A stretch of DNA of 64,000 nt from an uncultured Anaerolineales bacterium (GTDB lineage Bacteria > Chloroflexota > Anaerolineae > CG2-30-64-16), in NCBI GenBank assembly GCA_964387985.1, contig CAYLZG010000005.1, forward strand, positions 10,737-74,736, in the 5' to 3' direction. The notes under the pieces are model-generated. The model was not told the origin of the DNA. It ran no database searches and saw nothing but the letters and a program-made list of their open reading frames with translations. A program made the position numbers and the translations under genes. Below are positions 18,384 through 27,797 of the stretch, piece by piece; within the stretch, counting starts at the first letter, position 1; each line of letters opens with the position of its first letter.

Positions 18384-19847
18384 ATGCCCTTTGAGATCGT
18401 GATGCCTCGCCTGGGCTGGAATATGGAGTCTGGCAGCCTCGGACAGTGGCTGAAAGCCAACGGCGATACGGTCGAGGCCGGTGAACTCCTGTTCACCGTC
18501 GAAGGTGACAAAGCGACGCAGGAGGTGGAGGCGCTGGAGAGTGGCACATTGTACATCTCCGCCAACGCGCCGCCGCCCGGCAAAGAAGTGCCCGTTGGCA
18601 CGGTACTGGGCTACCTGCTCGGCCCCGGTGAGGCCCCGCCCGATGTTCCACAGAAGAACTCGGGAACCGTCCCCGCCGGGCAAACGCTGTCCATGGCCGC
18701 GGCTCCCGATGTACCCATTGCCGGCCCACAGCGTGGACAGGGTACGCGCGAGCCAGCCATCAGCCCGCGTGCGCGACGAGTTGCCGGCGAGCTTGGCCTG
18801 GACTGGATCGCAGCGGCCCGGCATGGGAGGCTCCGCGGCACAGGCCGCACCGGCCGCATCCGGGAGGCCGATGTGCGCGCGGCCACACGGCTTGGTATCG
18901 GGGGACCCGCAGCCCTGACGGCGCCACCGGCTGCAGCCAGCCCGCTCGCCCGGCGCCTCGCGGCCGAACTTGGCATAGATATCAGTACGCTGGCTGTGCA
19001 AATGCCCGGCAGGCGTATCGAGCGGGCAGACATCGAGCGAGAGGCAGAACGGCTCCGGTCCGGCGCGGCCACACCGGCGATCGCAACCGCAGAGCCCTCG
19101 CGTCTCCCCCTGCCCGTGGGCGCTCCGCCGCCAGTCAGCGGGATTCGCAAGGCCATCGCAGAGCGTCTGGCAACCAGCGCACATACGACCGCTGCGGTGA
19201 CTCTGACCACCGAAGCAGATGCCACCGAACTGATACGGTTGCGCTCGCAGCTCAAGTCGGACGGCAGGCAACCGGTGCCATCGTACACGGACCTGCTGAT
19301 CAAGCTTGCTGCTGTTGCCCTCGCCGAATTCCCCCTGCTCAATACGCGATTTGAGGGCGAGACCATCGTTCAGTCGGCAGCCGCCCACATCGGTCTGGCC
19401 GTGGACACAGAGCGGGGCCTGCTGGTGCCCGTGGTGCGGGATGCGGGCACCCGGTCCCTGCGCAATATTGCGACCGAAACCCACGCCCTGATTCAAAAGA
19501 CGCGCGCTGGCCGAGTCACTGCAGACGAACTGCGCGGTGGAACCTTCACCATCACGAACCTGGGAATGTACGATATCGATGGCTTCACCCCGATCATCAA
19601 CCTGCCCGAATGTGCGATCCTCGGTGTAGGGCGGATCGTGCCGAAGCAGGTGGTTCAGGCTACCTTGGACGAAATTCCGACGCTGGCCGACATGCCCGAG
19701 TCAGCGGCTTCGCGAGTCGTGATTCGCGGCATGATGTTTCTGAGCCTGACGTTCGATCACCGGTTGGTTGACGGCGCGCCTGCGGCGCGTTTTCTGCAGC
19801 GGATAAAGCAATTCGTGGAAAAGCCCTACCTATGGCTTGCCGGCTGA
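18384..19847 (+). CDS. dihydrolipoamide acyltransferase (E2) component
   Basis: 487 aa; N-terminal lipoyl domain (EGDKATQEVEA), Ala/Pro-rich linkers, C-terminal catalytic DHRLVDGA motif. Confidence 0.8.
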   Translation: MPFEIVMPRLGWNMESGSLGQWLKANGDTVEAGELLFTVEGDKATQEVEALESGTLYISANAPPPGKEVPVGTVLGYLLGPGEAPPDVPQKNSGTVPAGQTLSMAAAPDVPIAGPQRGQGTREPAISPRARRVAGELGLDWIAAARHGRLRGTGRTGRIREADVRAATRLGIGGPAALTAPPAAASPLARRLAAELGIDISTLAVQMPGRRIERADIEREAERLRSGAATPAIATAEPSRLPLPVGAPPPVSGIRKAIAERLATSAHTTAAVTLTTEADATELIRLRSQLKSDGRQPVPSYTDLLIKLAAVALAEFPLLNTRFEGETIVQSAAAHIGLAVDTERGLLVPVVRDAGTRSLRNIATETHALIQKTRAGRVTADELRGGTFTITNLGMYDIDGFTPIINLPECAILGVGRIVPKQVVQATLDEIPTLADMPESAASRVVIRGMMFLSLTFDHRLVDGAPAARFLQRIKQFVEKPYLWLAG

Positions 19848-19902
19848 AAGCTACGGGCCATCGCATTTCATCTCATTAACTTCGCAGCAAAGGAGCAATT
19901 TC

Positions 19903-20886
19903 ATGGCGCAATATAAGGTGATCATCACGGACTTTGACTTGCCCAATAACGATCTCGAAGCGGCGGAGATTGCTGCATCCGGACTGGATATCCAACTGGT
20001 GCGCCTCAATGCGCGCGTCCCGGAGGACCTGGTCCCCCACGTCGCTGACGCGGATGGCCTGATCGTGCAGTGGTGCAAGATCACGCCACAGGTGATTAAC
20101 AGGCTGGAACACTGCAAGATCATCTCGCGCTATGGGATCGGAGTCGACATGGTAGACCTGGAGGCGGCGGGAAAGGCGGGCATCCCCGTGTCCAATGTGC
20201 CTGATTTCTGCATCGAAGAGGTCAGCACACACACTATCGGCTTCGTCATTGCCCTGAATCGTCACATGTGGCTGCACGACGCGCATGTGCGCTCGGGGCA
20301 CTGGGGTGGGACACCAGGTGGTGCACCTTCACGGCTTGCGGGACAGACATTGGGCATCGTTGGGTTGGGCAACATTGGGTCCCTCGTAGCGCGCAAGGCC
20401 GGGTGCCTGGGCCTGCAGTTAGTGGGATATGATCCCTACTTGCGTGCCGAACGTGCTGCTGAACTCGGAGTGAACCTCGTCTCGCTCGATGAGTTGCTCG
20501 CGCAATCGGACTACGTATCGCTTCACTGCCCGTTGGTGCCGGAGACGCGACATCTGATCGGCGCAGTCCAGTTGGCAACTATGAAGCCGACCGCCTACCT
20601 GATCAATATGGCGCGCGGTCCGGTCGTGGATCAGCCTGCTCTCTGCGACGCACTGGTGCGGGGAGTGATTGCGGGTGCAGCGGTAGATGTCCTGGAACAG
20701 GAGCCGCCCGATCCTGCGGACCCGCTGCTCCGGCTGCCAAATATCATCATTACGCCACATACATCGAGTTGGTCCAACGAGTCGGCGGCCTACTTGCGCC
20801 GGCAGGCCGCAGCGAACGTGGTGACTGCCCTGAAGGGCAAGATGCCGGGGTCGATCGTGAACCGCAAGTGGTTGGCGACCGCGTGA
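19903..20886 (+). CDS. D-isomer-specific 2-hydroxyacid dehydrogenase family (PGDH-like)
   Basis: Start ATG 19903 with AAGGAG RBS; GIVGLGNIGSLVARKA NAD-binding motif and catalytic-region similarity to D-2-hydroxyacid dehydrogenases. Confidence 0.75.
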   Translation: MAQYKVIITDFDLPNNDLEAAEIAASGLDIQLVRLNARVPEDLVPHVADADGLIVQWCKITPQVINRLEHCKIISRYGIGVDMVDLEAAGKAGIPVSNVPDFCIEEVSTHTIGFVIALNRHMWLHDAHVRSGHWGGTPGGAPSRLAGQTLGIVGLGNIGSLVARKAGCLGLQLVGYDPYLRAERAAELGVNLVSLDELLAQSDYVSLHCPLVPETRHLIGAVQLATMKPTAYLINMARGPVVDQPALCDALVRGVIAGAAVDVLEQEPPDPADPLLRLPNIIITPHTSSWSNESAAYLRRQAAANVVTALKGKMPGSIVNRKWLATA

Positions 20887-21011
20887 GCGGCCGGTAGAGG
20901 GGAGCGGAGGCCGCCTTCGGATGACCGGCAAACGCAGACGTGCCTCCGCAGCATGATATCCTGGACCGTGTAATAGAGACTAAGGAGGAGAAGGCGTTGG
21001 ACGAAACGAAG

Positions 21012-21824
21012 ATGGCGGGCAAGCGGGTGCTGGTGACGGGCTCCGGGACCGGAATCGGCAGGGAAATTGGGCTGGAATTCGCACGCGCGGGCGCCGATGT
21101 AGTCTTTCACTATGCACACAGCAATCAAGGCGCATTGTCCGCAGCAGAGGAGGCACGCGGGCTGGGCGTCCGCACCACCGTCCTGACTGCTGACTTCAGC
21201 AGAATCGAGGAAGTTCAGCGAATGACCCGCCAGGCCATCGACTTCCTGGGCGGAATGGACATCCTGGTCAATAACGCGGGCATCACCATGAATCGGCCCT
21301 TTGAAGATGTCACGCCAGAGCAATTCGACACCCTCTATCACGTCAATATCCGCGCGATGTTCTTTGCCACGCAGGCCTGTGTGCCCGCAATGGTTGCCCA
21401 GGGGCAAGGTGTGGTCATCAATCTCTCATCGGTCCACGCGTATGAAGGCACGCCAGAACACACCGTCTATGCGGGCACCAAAGGCGCCATCGTCAGCTTC
21501 ACGCGCGCGCTGGCCGTCGAACTGGCACTCAAGGGGATCCGGGTAAACGCCATCGCGCCGGGTGCAGTCATCGTGGAGAATCACTACAAAGCAATCGGCA
21601 AAATCGATCTTGAGGGAACCGGCCGCAACATCCCCGCCGGTTTTGTCGGGGAGCCGCTCGATGTCGCGCGCCTGGCTGTCTTCCTGGCCTCCGATGCAGC
21701 GCGCTATATCGTCGGTCAGACCATCATTATTGACGGCGGCACGACGGCCTGGCTGCCGTTCTGCGACGCCTTTCGCCACACATCGGATGCGAAATTCGGC
21801 AAGGACTACGTTCCGGGCCTCTAG
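21012..21824 (+). CDS. SDR family oxidoreductase
   Basis: Internal start MAGKRVLVTGSGTGIGREIG...; NNAG, YAGTK catalytic motif. Confidence 0.75.
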   Translation: MAGKRVLVTGSGTGIGREIGLEFARAGADVVFHYAHSNQGALSAAEEARGLGVRTTVLTADFSRIEEVQRMTRQAIDFLGGMDILVNNAGITMNRPFEDVTPEQFDTLYHVNIRAMFFATQACVPAMVAQGQGVVINLSSVHAYEGTPEHTVYAGTKGAIVSFTRALAVELALKGIRVNAIAPGAVIVENHYKAIGKIDLEGTGRNIPAGFVGEPLDVARLAVFLASDAARYIVGQTIIIDGGTTAWLPFCDAFRHTSDAKFGKDYVPGL

Positions 21825-21863
21825 CGTCCGGTCACTAGCATCCATCCACCATGCGAGGCCAAC

Positions 21864-23249
21864 ATGACGTTCATCGCGATTGATTTGGGCACTTCCTTCA
21901 TCAAGGGCGCGGTCTTGAATCTCGATTCGGCTACCATCAGGCACATTCATCGTGAGCCGTTTCCCGCAGCCTTGCCCGGCCTACCCCCTCTCTACAAGGA
22001 AGTTGCCCCGGATGCCGTTCTAGCGGCGGTGAACTCGCTCTTGGCCACGCTCATCCCCTATGCAGACGCAGAAGGCGGTTTGGACGGCATCGTCATGTGC
22101 ACACAGATGCACGGACTGGTGCTGACCACGTCAACGGGTGAGCCTCGTTCCAACCTGACCACCTGGCAGGACCAGCGCGTGCTCGAACCCCACCCATCGG
22201 GCTGCGGAACCTACTTCGATGCGATGGTCGCCCGGCTCAACGCCGATCAGATCCACCAACTTGGCAATGAACTGCGTCCGGGGCTGCCGGTCGGCATGCT
22301 GTTTATGCTCGCGGAACAGGGACAGCTTCCGTCGCCAGCCTTGCATCTCGCCACCCTGCCCGATTTCGTAATTTCGAATCTCTCAGGGACACCGCCCAGC
22401 ATCGAAGCATCGAACGCAATGGCGCACGGCGTCCTGAACCTGGAAACACTCGACTGGCACCACGAAGTCATCGCCGCGCTGGGGCTGGAACGCCTGCACT
22501 GGCCTGAAATCAAGAAGCATGGTGCTGTCGTTGGCCGGCTATCTGTCGGCGGGCACACCGTCCCATGTTATTCACCCATCGGCGACTACCAGTGCGCGAT
22601 TCTGGGTTCGCTGCTCCGCTACCGAGAGCTGTCACTAAACATTTCAACCGGCTCGCAGGTCAGCCTGCTCCGGTCCGGACCGGAGTTCGGTGATTTCCAG
22701 ACGCGTCCCTTCTTCGACGGCCGCTACCTATCGGCCATCACCCACATCCCCGCGGGACGCGCACTGACTGCATTGGTACGGCTGTTCAGCGAGCTCGCCG
22801 AAGCACAGGGGTTGACGCTATCCGATCCCTGGTGCTATGTCGGGCAGGCGGCTGCCGCGACCGGGCCGACGCGCATGCGGGCAGACCTCGCCTTCTTCAA
22901 TAGCTCGTGCGGGGACCGCGGCGCGTTCACAGATGTCCGGGAAGAGGAGCTGACGATCGGCCACATTTTCCGCGCAGCTTTCCAGAATATGACCGACAAC
23001 TACTATACGTGCGCCCGGCGCATCTCGCCGGGCCAGGAGTGGGAAAACCTGGTTTTTTCCGGCGGCCTGGCGCAGAAATTCCCGGTCTTGCGTGACCTGA
23101 TCCGCGACAGATTCAACGTGCCCTTCCGGATGTGTCCATCCGCGGAAGACACGCTGCTGGGGCTTATGGCCCTCGCCCTCGCCTTCACGGGCCGAACGCC
23201 TACAGTCGAACAGGCCGCAGCCCACCTCTTCGACACCTACCATGAGTGA
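21864..23249 (+). CDS. ASKHA-superfamily (FGGY-like) carbohydrate kinase-like protein
   Basis: 461 aa; N-terminal FIAIDLGTSFIKGAVL phosphate-1 motif of actin-like ATPase/sugar kinases. Confidence 0.5.
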   Translation: MTFIAIDLGTSFIKGAVLNLDSATIRHIHREPFPAALPGLPPLYKEVAPDAVLAAVNSLLATLIPYADAEGGLDGIVMCTQMHGLVLTTSTGEPRSNLTTWQDQRVLEPHPSGCGTYFDAMVARLNADQIHQLGNELRPGLPVGMLFMLAEQGQLPSPALHLATLPDFVISNLSGTPPSIEASNAMAHGVLNLETLDWHHEVIAALGLERLHWPEIKKHGAVVGRLSVGGHTVPCYSPIGDYQCAILGSLLRYRELSLNISTGSQVSLLRSGPEFGDFQTRPFFDGRYLSAITHIPAGRALTALVRLFSELAEAQGLTLSDPWCYVGQAAAATGPTRMRADLAFFNSSCGDRGAFTDVREEELTIGHIFRAAFQNMTDNYYTCARRISPGQEWENLVFSGGLAQKFPVLRDLIRDRFNVPFRMCPSAEDTLLGLMALALAFTGRTPTVEQAAAHLFDTYHE

Positions 23250-23333
23250 TCTGGTCGTGAGCCACTGTCGGTCTGGGCCTTGCTACGATCGGATGTATGC
23301 TCTTTCCATTTTGGGTTATCTGACTTCTTCTGA

Positions 23334-24629
23334 CTACCACCCGAAGAGTGCCTCCGCCTGCATCTGTGCTTCACCCAGTGCGGCCTCCGTATCCAGATCT
23401 CCGTTAACCACCTTCTCAACTGCCTGCAAGTAGGCCGCCACCGTGCCCCCAATCGCGGACGTTTCAAGAGTACTATCCCAGATGAACAGCCGATCTGGGA
23501 GACTCCGGGCGATTCTGAGCGTCTCCTTGTCAACATGCACCGTATAGGTCTGCGAGGCGAGCTGGGAAGTGCGCGGCGCAAGCAGTGGGGTGGCTGCCTC
23601 TGGCTGGTCGATGAGGAACTTGATCCACTGCCATGCGGCCATCGCTTTCTGCGAGTTTCGGAGGATAGCATAGATGTCCAGCGCTGCCACGCCGATGGTC
23701 CCTTTGCCCGCGGGCAGAGGGACCATCCCGGGCACGGCCCGACCCATATCGCTCAAGAAGCCGGCAAAGCGGGCCCGGTCAGCATAGAAGCCCAACCATA
23801 GTCCGCACCTGCCCGCCCAGATGGCTCGATTGATGTCCCCCATCTGCGCCCGCACATCCTCGGGAGCCGGATTGGTCTGATAGATGCGCCTCAGCCCCGT
23901 ATACCATGCGAGCGCATCCTCGTTCGCCGGGCTATCGAGGGTCGGTCGGGTCGGCTCGACCAGGTTATCGACAAGCTGGCCACCGAGAAGATAGGCGAAG
24001 ATGGCTGCATCACCCATATCCGGGCGGGGGCAGTAACCATAGGTGTAGTCCACAGCACCGGCCGGTGATTGGGCTGTCTGCACTGTCAGCGCGAACTCCT
24101 CCAGTGTCCACCTGTTCTCTGGAATCTTGATGCCCGCCGCGTCAAAACGTTCCGTGTTATAGTAAACGACGATCGGATTCATGCCTGCAGGGATGCCGAG
24201 TTGCCTCCCTTCGAGCCGCATCGCCTCCGCGGTGCCTTCGACCAGGTCACTGAAAGGGAAGACTGTGTCGGTGGCGGATGTCTCTGCCTCAATCAGGTCA
24301 TCAAGCGGCCTGAACTCGGCGATGCGTTCGCTCGTCAGGTCCGCCAGTGCCACGCGTACTACATCGCACGTGGTACAGGATGCCTCCATGCTCGCGCCGG
24401 GTCCCCCTTGGCTCATCATCTTGACCGTGATATGGGGATACGCGGCCTCAAACTCTTCGATTAGCCTGGCATATGAATCTCTGGCATAGTTTGGCGTAGC
24501 GAAGCTGATCGTCACCGGTTCTACAGCGGGCGCGGCCTGCCGGCCGCAGCCGGTGCCGATCAGGATCACTACCAGCAAGCCGACTACCAGGCCACGCGGG
24601 CGCGTATATGAACGCAAACTCTGCCTCAT
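23334..24629 (-). CDS. ABC transporter substrate-binding protein (carbohydrate, SBP family 1), lipoprotein
   Basis: 431 aa; N-terminal signal with lipobox-like LIGTGCG; overall SBP-like composition; 36 bp downstream of GH36 on same strand. Confidence 0.6.
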   Translation of the reverse strand: MRQSLRSYTRPRGLVVGLLVVILIGTGCGRQAAPAVEPVTISFATPNYARDSYARLIEEFEAAYPHITVKMMSQGGPGASMEASCTTCDVVRVALADLTSERIAEFRPLDDLIEAETSATDTVFPFSDLVEGTAEAMRLEGRQLGIPAGMNPIVVYYNTERFDAAGIKIPENRWTLEEFALTVQTAQSPAGAVDYTYGYCPRPDMGDAAIFAYLLGGQLVDNLVEPTRPTLDSPANEDALAWYTGLRRIYQTNPAPEDVRAQMGDINRAIWAGRCGLWLGFYADRARFAGFLSDMGRAVPGMVPLPAGKGTIGVAALDIYAILRNSQKAMAAWQWIKFLIDQPEAATPLLAPRTSQLASQTYTVHVDKETLRIARSLPDRLFIWDSTLETSAIGGTVAAYLQAVEKVVNGDLDTEAALGEAQMQAEALFGW

Positions 24630-24665
24630 AGCACTTATCTCCTCGGCAACGTCAGAAACACCAAC

Positions 24666-26825
24666 TTACACAGCCTCAAACAGCAGCAGTTCCGAGGCCA
24701 GCGGGGCCTCAACCCGAATCACCAGGCCCTGCTTCATCAGTACGAGGCCGTCGACCTCGCTCGTCTGCCGGTCGTTGTCAAATGTCACCCGATAGCGTCT
24801 CCCCGCATCCAGACCGCGCACGCGCAGCAGATACTCCTGCTCGTTCGGCGCAGCAAGCTGAAACAACCCTACGATCGCGCGCAGCCTGTCCCGCGCGGCG
24901 AGCTCAAGGACACCCCAACCTTGAGGCTCCGGCCCTGTCAGGACCGGTGTGTGGTGGAATATCCGGCCGTCGCGCAGGTAGCGACGGACAAAGGTCTTGT
25001 ACACGTTCACCATGTGTCGGACGCGCTCAGTCTGAACAGGATTGAGCTGTGAAGGCACCGGGTTGAGGAAGGCGACGAGCGGGTGGCCGAACAGCAGGAT
25101 CCGAGCCTGGAAGTCGAGCGAGGCAGCTTGGTGGCCGCGGACACCCTCGCCCAACAACCCGTTGCAATACTCGGGTGGCAGGGCCATTGTCATACCGTTG
25201 AAGATGCTAAAGGAACGCGGGGCCACATGCCAATCACTCACCAGCGTATCGTAGAAATGGCGCATCAGGCCGATGTCGGTGCGGCCGCCACCGCCTGCAC
25301 AGTTCTGGAAGTAGACGCCGGGAAAGCGCTGCCTCAGGCGATCGTAGACACCATACAGTGTCTCATAGTAACGCCAACTGATGTTCTCGGTGAAGCCCGC
25401 CTGCTCAGTCTGCGCGTGATCGGTCACCGGCGTATTGTGGTCCAGCTTGAAAAATTCGACCTCATTCTCCGTGAATACACGGGCAATCTCGGACTCCATC
25501 CACTCGGCTGCGCCTGGCGCAGTGAGGTCGAGCAGGTCGCCCAGCCGCCGTTGGCCATCATAGGCGACGGCGACCCACTCGGGATGCTCCTGTGCGATCC
25601 GGCTCTTACGCCCGATGCGCTCCGCGTCAATCCAGAGGCCGAACCGCATTCCCTTTTCGTGCGCGCGGTCGCGGATGGGTCCCAGCCCTTGCGGGAAGCG
25701 GGTCAGGTCCACGTTCCAGTCGCCCGCCGTCGCGTACCATTCGGGCACGCCGGATGCACCGGGCACCAGCGGCGTGTACCAGCCTGCATCGATGAAGAAG
25801 ACTTCCGCGCCGAGCGCAGCGGCTGTATCCATCTCGTGGTACACCGATTCGTAGGTGATGTTCTGCTCCGGCCCGATGCCTGACAGAACGAGTCCCGCAA
25901 GCGCATCCGGCTGTGCCGGGAAGACCGTCTGCCGCAGGTGGTCATGCATGGCCTGGATGGCACAATCGAGGTCGGCCTGCACCATGCCGACGTGCATTTC
26001 AGGGCTGCGAATCGTTTCCCCTGCGGCGAGCACGCGCTGCGGCGCGGGCGCGGCCGGCCCGGCACAGAAGCCCAGCCTGGCCGACAGGTCATCCGTACCG
26101 ATATCGGCATTCAAGTCGAACTCGAACGAATAGCCGCCTGACCAGGCAAGCTGGCCGATGAAATGCTCACCGGTTGCCTGATTCCGAAGGACAAACATCG
26201 GGTGCCGGTAGCGTTCGCGGCGGTAGCGTCCATCGACTCGGTAGGCCGCGTTGGGCAGCTCATGCCACCGGAAGCTGCCCTCGTCGCCCCAGTGGTTGTC
26301 CTCGAAGTAGCCAAGCGACCACAGCGCAGCATCCTTGGTGGGCAGATACGATTGCCATCGTTTCGTCCGGTGCAGCACGCCGCTCCATACGTCGCATTGC
26401 GCCAGCGCGACCGGACGGTCCGCGAGGTTTGTAATCTCCAGCCAGCGGGTCAGGATGGGCGTACCGTCCAGAAGCGTGTGTATCGCCAACGCGACCGGTC
26501 GCCGCGTGTGGCGGAGTCGCACGATCGCGTGCCGCCCTTTCGCCTCTTGTTGCTGCTCGAGGCCTGCCCATTCCCAATGCGAGGCCAGGAGTTGGCCCTC
26601 TATCTCGACGTTGAAGACCTGTGGAACGGGATGCTGGTCCGGATCCAGCCGGATGTCATCCGGGTTGATATAGCCCGCACCGTTCCAACCACGGCTGACA
26701 AGACGTCCCCGGATGAACGACTCCTCGTAGACCGTGAGCCCAGTACGATAGCTCAAGGTTGGGAATGGATCGTTCGTCAAGTGAATATCGTACCAGGAAT
26801 GCACTTCCACAGGAGCCGGTGTCAT
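24666..26825 (-). CDS. alpha-galactosidase, GH36 family
   Basis: Start ATG at 26825 (MTPAPVEVHSWYD...) overlapping upstream kinase stop (ATGA); FFIDAGWY and CAGGGGRTD motifs of GH36; ~720 aa typical of AgaA-type enzymes. Confidence 0.75.
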   Translation of the reverse strand: MTPAPVEVHSWYDIHLTNDPFPTLSYRTGLTVYEESFIRGRLVSRGWNGAGYINPDDIRLDPDQHPVPQVFNVEIEGQLLASHWEWAGLEQQQEAKGRHAIVRLRHTRRPVALAIHTLLDGTPILTRWLEITNLADRPVALAQCDVWSGVLHRTKRWQSYLPTKDAALWSLGYFEDNHWGDEGSFRWHELPNAAYRVDGRYRRERYRHPMFVLRNQATGEHFIGQLAWSGGYSFEFDLNADIGTDDLSARLGFCAGPAAPAPQRVLAAGETIRSPEMHVGMVQADLDCAIQAMHDHLRQTVFPAQPDALAGLVLSGIGPEQNITYESVYHEMDTAAALGAEVFFIDAGWYTPLVPGASGVPEWYATAGDWNVDLTRFPQGLGPIRDRAHEKGMRFGLWIDAERIGRKSRIAQEHPEWVAVAYDGQRRLGDLLDLTAPGAAEWMESEIARVFTENEVEFFKLDHNTPVTDHAQTEQAGFTENISWRYYETLYGVYDRLRQRFPGVYFQNCAGGGGRTDIGLMRHFYDTLVSDWHVAPRSFSIFNGMTMALPPEYCNGLLGEGVRGHQAASLDFQARILLFGHPLVAFLNPVPSQLNPVQTERVRHMVNVYKTFVRRYLRDGRIFHHTPVLTGPEPQGWGVLELAARDRLRAIVGLFQLAAPNEQEYLLRVRGLDAGRRYRVTFDNDRQTSEVDGLVLMKQGLVIRVEAPLASELLLFEAV

Positions 26826-27796
26826 GTTGAACCCCCCGCGCAGTAACGCAGAACTTGTCCCAGAAACTGCCGCGCAGCATCCATGTAACGAGATTCCGAC
26901 GGGTACATGCTGGCCAGTTGCAGGCACATCTTCAGGCTGTACGCGTCGAAGCGAGCCTGGAAGCCCGCATCCAGCCCGTGACGCTGCCGGTAGGCCGCCA
27001 TAAGCCACTCGTCTGCCATGCTGAACATGGAAGACAGCTCCCGGGCATAGTCCGCGTAATAGCCCATTACATCCACGAATGCGCTCACATACACACGGTC
27101 ATCCCGACGATCCACCATCACGTTACCGGTCCAGATGTCGTAATGGGTCAGCGTACCGGTGGGGCCGATGTCCAGCAGCGCGGGCAGCTGCCCGCGCACC
27201 TCGGTCAATCCGTCCAACATCGCAGCGTCCAGCAAGCCCTTGTCTCGGGCCTCCGCTACCGCGATGTCGTACCGCGGGACCCAGAAATCGGCCCATGTGG
27301 CGGACCGTTTCGACGGGCTCAGTTCGACACCGCCGAAGCCCAGATCTTGGTGCGTGTGCAGATCGATGACATGCTCGGCGATTTCCTGGGCGATGCTGCG
27401 CTGCTCGTCCTGGGCCAATGTCTCACGGATCGCAGAGAGCACTTTGCCAGGCACCTCTGACATGACGAGTACGCTGCCAGGTATCTTCTCCCCGCTCGCG
27501 TCCAGAAGCAACGGTTCCGGCACGGGCATGGCCGTATGCTGCCGGAAGTAGTGCAGCACGTCGTATTCCCGGCGCAGAGCGGGATCATCCGGCTGCGGCG
27601 TGATCTTGATAACCAGGCGCCGCTCGGTCCCGTCCACCGGAACGGAGACCACCCTGTTCCACAGGCCGCCGGTCAGGATCGAGTACCCCTTGCAGCGGGT
27701 CTCGACGCCGAGGGCCTCGGTGGCCAGCGCGCTGAGCGTCGCGTCCGTGAGACAAGGATCTATCTTCGCCCGCAGGATGTCTTCCTGTACGTTCAT
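26822..27796 (-). CDS. aminoglycoside-phosphotransferase (APH)/choline-kinase-like family kinase (putative sugar kinase)
   Basis: 324 aa; Brenner motif HYDIWTGNVMVD and downstream D-containing metal-binding loop; translationally coupled to GH36. Confidence 0.6.
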   Translation of the reverse strand: MNVQEDILRAKIDPCLTDATLSALATEALGVETRCKGYSILTGGLWNRVVSVPVDGTERRLVIKITPQPDDPALRREYDVLHYFRQHTAMPVPEPLLLDASGEKIPGSVLVMSEVPGKVLSAIRETLAQDEQRSIAQEIAEHVIDLHTHQDLGFGGVELSPSKRSATWADFWVPRYDIAVAEARDKGLLDAAMLDGLTEVRGQLPALLDIGPTGTLTHYDIWTGNVMVDRRDDRVYVSAFVDVMGYYADYARELSSMFSMADEWLMAAYRQRHGLDAGFQARFDAYSLKMCLQLASMYPSESRYMDAARQFLGQVLRYCAGGST

Positions 27797-27797
27797 C

